This document shows positions 60,620-64,000 of a DNA stretch of 64,000 bases, piece after piece (the stretch's first letter is position 1; each line of letters begins with the position of its first letter). Source of the DNA: a virus; IMG/VR virus record IMGVR_UViG_3300033153_010718, positions 1 to 64,000 of that record, one strand, 5' to 3'. The notes under the pieces are model-generated. The model did not search any database, was not told the origin of the DNA, and saw nothing but the letters and a program-made list of their open reading frames with translations. The translations under genes were made by a program, and so were the position numbers.

Positions 60620-60832
60620 TTACTCACCAGCCCCAGCCGCCGTCCGACAGCTCGCACACATGGCCGTCAACACCGGACCCGGCGGCCCGATGGTAATCCC
60701 CTGTCCCGGAACCGCCTCGATCTTCAATCTCGGCACGTTCGGATCCTCGCACGGCACCCATCGCCACCCTTCCGGCAGCTCGGCACCCTCGTGCTCGACC
60801 TCCCGCCGACACGGCCCGCCGCAGCGCACTAC
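60620..60832 (-). CDS. small Zn-binding protein
   Basis: CGGPC...CASC; GTGA overlap. Confidence 0.55.
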   Translation of the reverse strand, partial: VVRCGGPCRREVEHEGAELPEGWRWVPCEDPNVPRLKIEAVPGQGITIGPPGPVLTAMCASCRTAAGAGE

Positions 60833-62106
60833 TTGCCGGTCTTCGGGACCTTCATGAGATCCAGGCACGCCAGCGGGAAGATCGCCTCACCCGCGCCACC
60901 GTTCTCGCGGAACCACGCCACGTCCGCGGTCGCCGACGCTCGGCAGTTGTCCGTCGCCGTGGTCCGCGTCACGCTCGTCACCGTCATGAACGGCCCGCCC
61001 GACTTCAGCCGCACGATGTCGCCAGCCTTGATCTCGGGAGTCGCATCAGCGCCCGGCCCCTGACCGCACGTGTGCGGCGCGTTGTCGCCAGCGCAACCGC
61101 GGCACAGCCCGCCCCCCGAGAGCATCTTACCCAGGCCGGTCAAGCCGGCCTCGCGTTCCTCTGCCATTGCACTCTCCTCGGTCTTCTTGGGCTTCTTCGC
61201 CTTCTTGGTCTTGGCGTTGTCCACGTTCGTCTCGTCCACCGCCACGCCGGCCATGTCGCGCAGCGACCCGCGCAGGTCCGCCTCGAAATCCCGCCGCAGC
61301 TCCTCGGGCACGGCGATGATCTTCAGGCCGGGATCGTCCGCCGGACCCTCGCCACCTTCCAGGATCCTGCTGACCTTGATCCTTACCGGCGTAGCGCCCT
61401 TGGGGTAAATGGCCACGCGAAAGTTCTTCTTGGACCACGCCGCCGGGTTCGCGTCCCACGCGGCCATGGACACGTAGGTCGCACCGTTCTCCGCAATAGC
61501 GCGCGTGTTCCTGTACCCCGACCCGGTCACGACTATCGCGCCCGGCAGCGGAACGCAGCCGACGTTGGCCACGGTGCTGCGCCGATGCAGGTCGTGCGCG
61601 GTCGCGGCCAGCCTCTTGCCGTCAATGCCGGAATCGTTGGCGTTGTCCACGATCAGCCCCACCACGTTGAGCCCCATGATCGCCGGATCGTCAGCCGGCG
61701 CCGCGATCACGACGACGTTGTCGGGAAACTCCAGCGTGTTCTTGGTCGCGACGTACCTGCCGTTGAAGTAGGGCGCGGTGCGCAACAGCGCGTCCAGGAG
61801 CTGCACCATGTTGTTGCCGCACAGGACCACGTGCAGCTTCTCGCTCTTGCTGATCCCGTAGGCCCGCGCCCCGCCGACCTCCATCAGCTCGTACAGCAGG
61901 CGCAGAGCGACCAGCTGGCAGAACGTGGTCTTGCCGGTCGCCAGCGCACCGTCCACGACGAGCGGTTGGTGCCTGTAGGGCTGGCCGAATACCACGGCGA
62001 AGAGGTCAATCCAGCCGGGGTAGACCGTGCCCGCCAGCTTTCCGCTGAACTCGGACAGCGACAGGAACTCCCCGAGGCTCGCCAAATCGCGCTCGATCTT
62101 CAACAT
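60829..62106 (-). CDS. terminase-large-subunit-like ATPase domain (degenerate, no nuclease) fused to DUF2158/YodC-like domain
   Basis: GALATGKTT Walker A; GLNVVGLIVDNAN Walker B lacking Glu; F..DL..SLRDMAG; C-terminal GDIVRLKSGGPFMTV...WF. Confidence 0.65.
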   Translation of the reverse strand: MLKIERDLASLGEFLSLSEFSGKLAGTVYPGWIDLFAVVFGQPYRHQPLVVDGALATGKTTFCQLVALRLLYELMEVGGARAYGISKSEKLHVVLCGNNMVQLLDALLRTAPYFNGRYVATKNTLEFPDNVVVIAAPADDPAIMGLNVVGLIVDNANDSGIDGKRLAATAHDLHRRSTVANVGCVPLPGAIVVTGSGYRNTRAIAENGATYVSMAAWDANPAAWSKKNFRVAIYPKGATPVRIKVSRILEGGEGPADDPGLKIIAVPEELRRDFEADLRGSLRDMAGVAVDETNVDNAKTKKAKKPKKTEESAMAEEREAGLTGLGKMLSGGGLCRGCAGDNAPHTCGQGPGADATPEIKAGDIVRLKSGGPFMTVTSVTRTTATDNCRASATADVAWFRENGGAGEAIFPLACLDLMKVPKTGK

Positions 62107-62125
62107 GTTCTGCCTCTTCTCTCTT

Positions 62126-62386
62126 CTAGCTGTTAATGATCAGGCACGCGCGCGGGAACGTGTGCGTCTGTACCAGCCCGTCGTCGTTGATCCAGACCAC
62201 GTCCACGCGCGGTGGCAGAGACGGCCCCGGGCCGTCGGCCAGCGTTCGGGCCAACTGCATCACGCCCGTCACCGTCATGATCGGTCCGCCGCTTTTGAGC
62301 CTCACGGTGTCGCCGACGAAGACAGGCTCCAGCTTCTCGGGCGGCTTGTCGGCAGGCTTCTCGGTCTCTTCGGACACGTTGTCCAT
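62126..62386 (-). CDS. DUF2158/YodC-like protein
   Basis: GDTVRLKSGGPIMTV...VVW...FPRACL. Confidence 0.75.
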   Translation of the reverse strand: MDNVSEETEKPADKPPEKLEPVFVGDTVRLKSGGPIMTVTGVMQLARTLADGPGPSLPPRVDVVWINDDGLVQTHTFPRACLIINS

Positions 62387-63273
62387 CAGTCCCTCAGTTC
62401 CGCCACGCAGATGCTCTTGGGATTGGTGATGACAACCTTCTGCCGCAGGACCATGCTCATGCCGTTCTTCTTCACAGCGTCGTTCGGCAGGAACTGGAAC
62501 ACGTAGGGCACCCACGCGATACTGCCGAACAGCGCCGCGTGCGCGCCCTTGTTCAAGAGCAGCAGCCGATCGCCCGGGAAGTGGTGCTGCGGCATGACGC
62601 GCACGATCTGCTGATTCTGCAGCCCCGCAGCCCGCGCGTGACTGCACACCGCGACATTCGGCAGGAGACCCGAACGACTGAAGCCCTTCTGCCGCTCCAG
62701 CTCGGCAATGTCAACCAGCGTCTGGCCCATGGTGACACGGGTGTTCGGCTCCTCCACCACCTCCAGAGCTTGGGCCAGCGCGCTGTGCATGCAGAAGGTG
62801 ATCGCCTCGTCGAACAGGTACTCCAGGATCGGGGCGTGCAGCTCACTCAGGTAGGTCGGCAGCCACGTGAGCCTGGTCGGCAGATCGAGCGGGTCCACGG
62901 ACACCGCCTCGGTCTCCACGCGGAACGCGAGATCGAGACGCGCATCACCAGTCGGCTTCGCGGCCGGATCGTCCGGGTCCAGCCGCGTCAGCAGCGGCAA
63001 CCCGTAGCACGGCTGCGAAGCAGGGTGTACTGCGAAGAGATCGTGCACCTGGTGCCTGGCGAAGGCGAAGCCCAGGCCCTTCATGATCAAGTTCTTCCAA
63101 TCCCCGCCGAGCAGCTCCTCCAAGGGATCGGTCGAGCGCTCGTCGAGCCGCCCGAAGTAGGCGAACTGGCTCGACAGGAGCCGCGCTGTTGCTGCGGCCC
63201 TCGTCACCGATGTATCGCGCGGGATGCAATGCTCCCACGCGTCCGCTTCGTTGCCCCAGTAGCTCGGTCGCAT
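62386..63273 (-). CDS. diverged gp23/gp24-family capsid protein paralog
   Basis: TARLLSSQ; DLFAVHPASQP; GSIAWVPYV...RQKVVITNPKSI aligns with GLIYSPYVP...RHKISLVRPEFF of the window's MCP. Confidence 0.6.
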   Translation of the reverse strand: MRPSYWGNEADAWEHCIPRDTSVTRAAATARLLSSQFAYFGRLDERSTDPLEELLGGDWKNLIMKGLGFAFARHQVHDLFAVHPASQPCYGLPLLTRLDPDDPAAKPTGDARLDLAFRVETEAVSVDPLDLPTRLTWLPTYLSELHAPILEYLFDEAITFCMHSALAQALEVVEEPNTRVTMGQTLVDIAELERQKGFSRSGLLPNVAVCSHARAAGLQNQQIVRVMPQHHFPGDRLLLLNKGAHAALFGSIAWVPYVFQFLPNDAVKKNGMSMVLRQKVVITNPKSICVAELRD

Positions 63274-63296
63274 GTCGGCCCTCCTCGCCTGGCGCT

Positions 63297-63305
63297 GTTC
63301 TACCC
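63297..63305 (-). promoter_or_regulatory. GGGTAGAAC element (GAGGAGG RBS follows)
   Basis: recurrent motif. Confidence 0.72.
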
Positions 63306-63487
63306 TGGTTCGCGGACTCTGCGCAGTCCTCGGTTCCCGGATCTGGACTTGGTGTTGATGTGAAGGCGGGCTCTTAGGAGTCCCGATGTTGCCGAGGCGG
63401 CGGGGTAGGGGGTCGGCGTGGCGGACCTCGACAGCAGCCACCATTCTGTGCAGGAGCTTGCGCAGTCCGCCGTGCTACTCTGGATGG

Positions 63488-63853
63488 ATGGCCGACGATC
63501 GAGACAGGCTGTCTAAACTGAAGATCCTCCGGGACAGGACCGACAACGCTGGCGAAAGAGCTGCAGCAGAGGCTGCACTCCAGCGCGGACTCCGTCGAGC
63601 TGGCTTGGTCGAGGCAGACCTGGTGCCGCCCACACCAGCTCGGCCTCCTGGCGCTCCCCCCGTTGGCGCGCGAGTGATGACGCCGTTCGGGGTCGGGACG
63701 ATGATGCCTGATGGTCGGATCCGGCTGGACGGCCCGCCACCAATGCCGCAGCCGATCATCCAGGTGCGGGTGTTCGGTGGCGGCTTCGGCGGCTTCAGCG
63801 CGACGTCGGCGAGTACCGACACCGGCACGAGCGGATTCAGCTTCAACTTCTAA
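63488..63853 (+). CDS. protein with DUF2786-like N-terminus and Pro/Gly-rich tail
   Basis: RLSKLKIL...T.NAGERAAAEAA. Confidence 0.55.
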   Translation: MADDRDRLSKLKILRDRTDNAGERAAAEAALQRGLRRAGLVEADLVPPTPARPPGAPPVGARVMTPFGVGTMMPDGRIRLDGPPPMPQPIIQVRVFGGGFGGFSATSASTDTGTSGFSFNF

Positions 63854-64000
63854 GGCCCGGCGTTGGCGTCTGCCCCAGCTTCCGGTTCTGCCCCGCAGCG
63901 TTGGTATCCGATGTATCCGAACGGGGGCCGGATTTCGGATACCTTCGGCGCTGGTGCACCTACTGTCGGGGCAGCCGGCGCCCCGAACTGCGAACTGCGC

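Overview
This is a 64-kb segment of a large, high-GC, T4-like-head phage genome; the host is unknown. Coordinates were read by hand, may be off by a few nt, and no database searches were run. (1) 1-12.5 kb (minus): head module with gp23-like major capsid protein, gp21-like protease fused to a scaffold, two core proteins, a gp20-like portal carrying three inteins, a free-standing Hint-HNH ORF, two small proteins starting MSLY(D/E)RVLxE, and an SNase-like nuclease. (2) 12.6-19 kb (plus): hypothetical genes, including an unannotated 57-aa FlgM-like ORF. (3) 19-25.3 kb (minus): 44 tRNA genes covering all 20 amino acids, three HNH genes and several unexplained structured RNAs. Every tRNA has G55 in place of U55, and nearly all have D-loop AG in place of GG. 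(4) 25.3-35.4 kb: Nudix hydrolase, Tad1-like sponge, dUTPase, and a ~1300-aa polyvalent protein (HExxH peptidase plus 2H phosphoesterase) with likely head-internal neighbours. (5) 35.4-62 kb: divergent arrays of tiny, translationally coupled ORFs. About 50 of them, about 20 being SH3/KOW-like barrels, share a ~10-aa amphipathic motif, [SDP][AV][VI]xxL[AG]x[LVI] (e.g. SAVDRLADLV), usually at the C-terminus. They are driven by a recurrent GGGTAGAAC element that sits exactly 6 nt before the start codon in 7 cases, consistent with leaderless mRNAs. (6) 60.8-63.9 kb: degenerate paralogs of terminase ATPase and major capsid protein. The shared peptide-tag system and the re-coded tRNA elbow are the most novel-looking signals.
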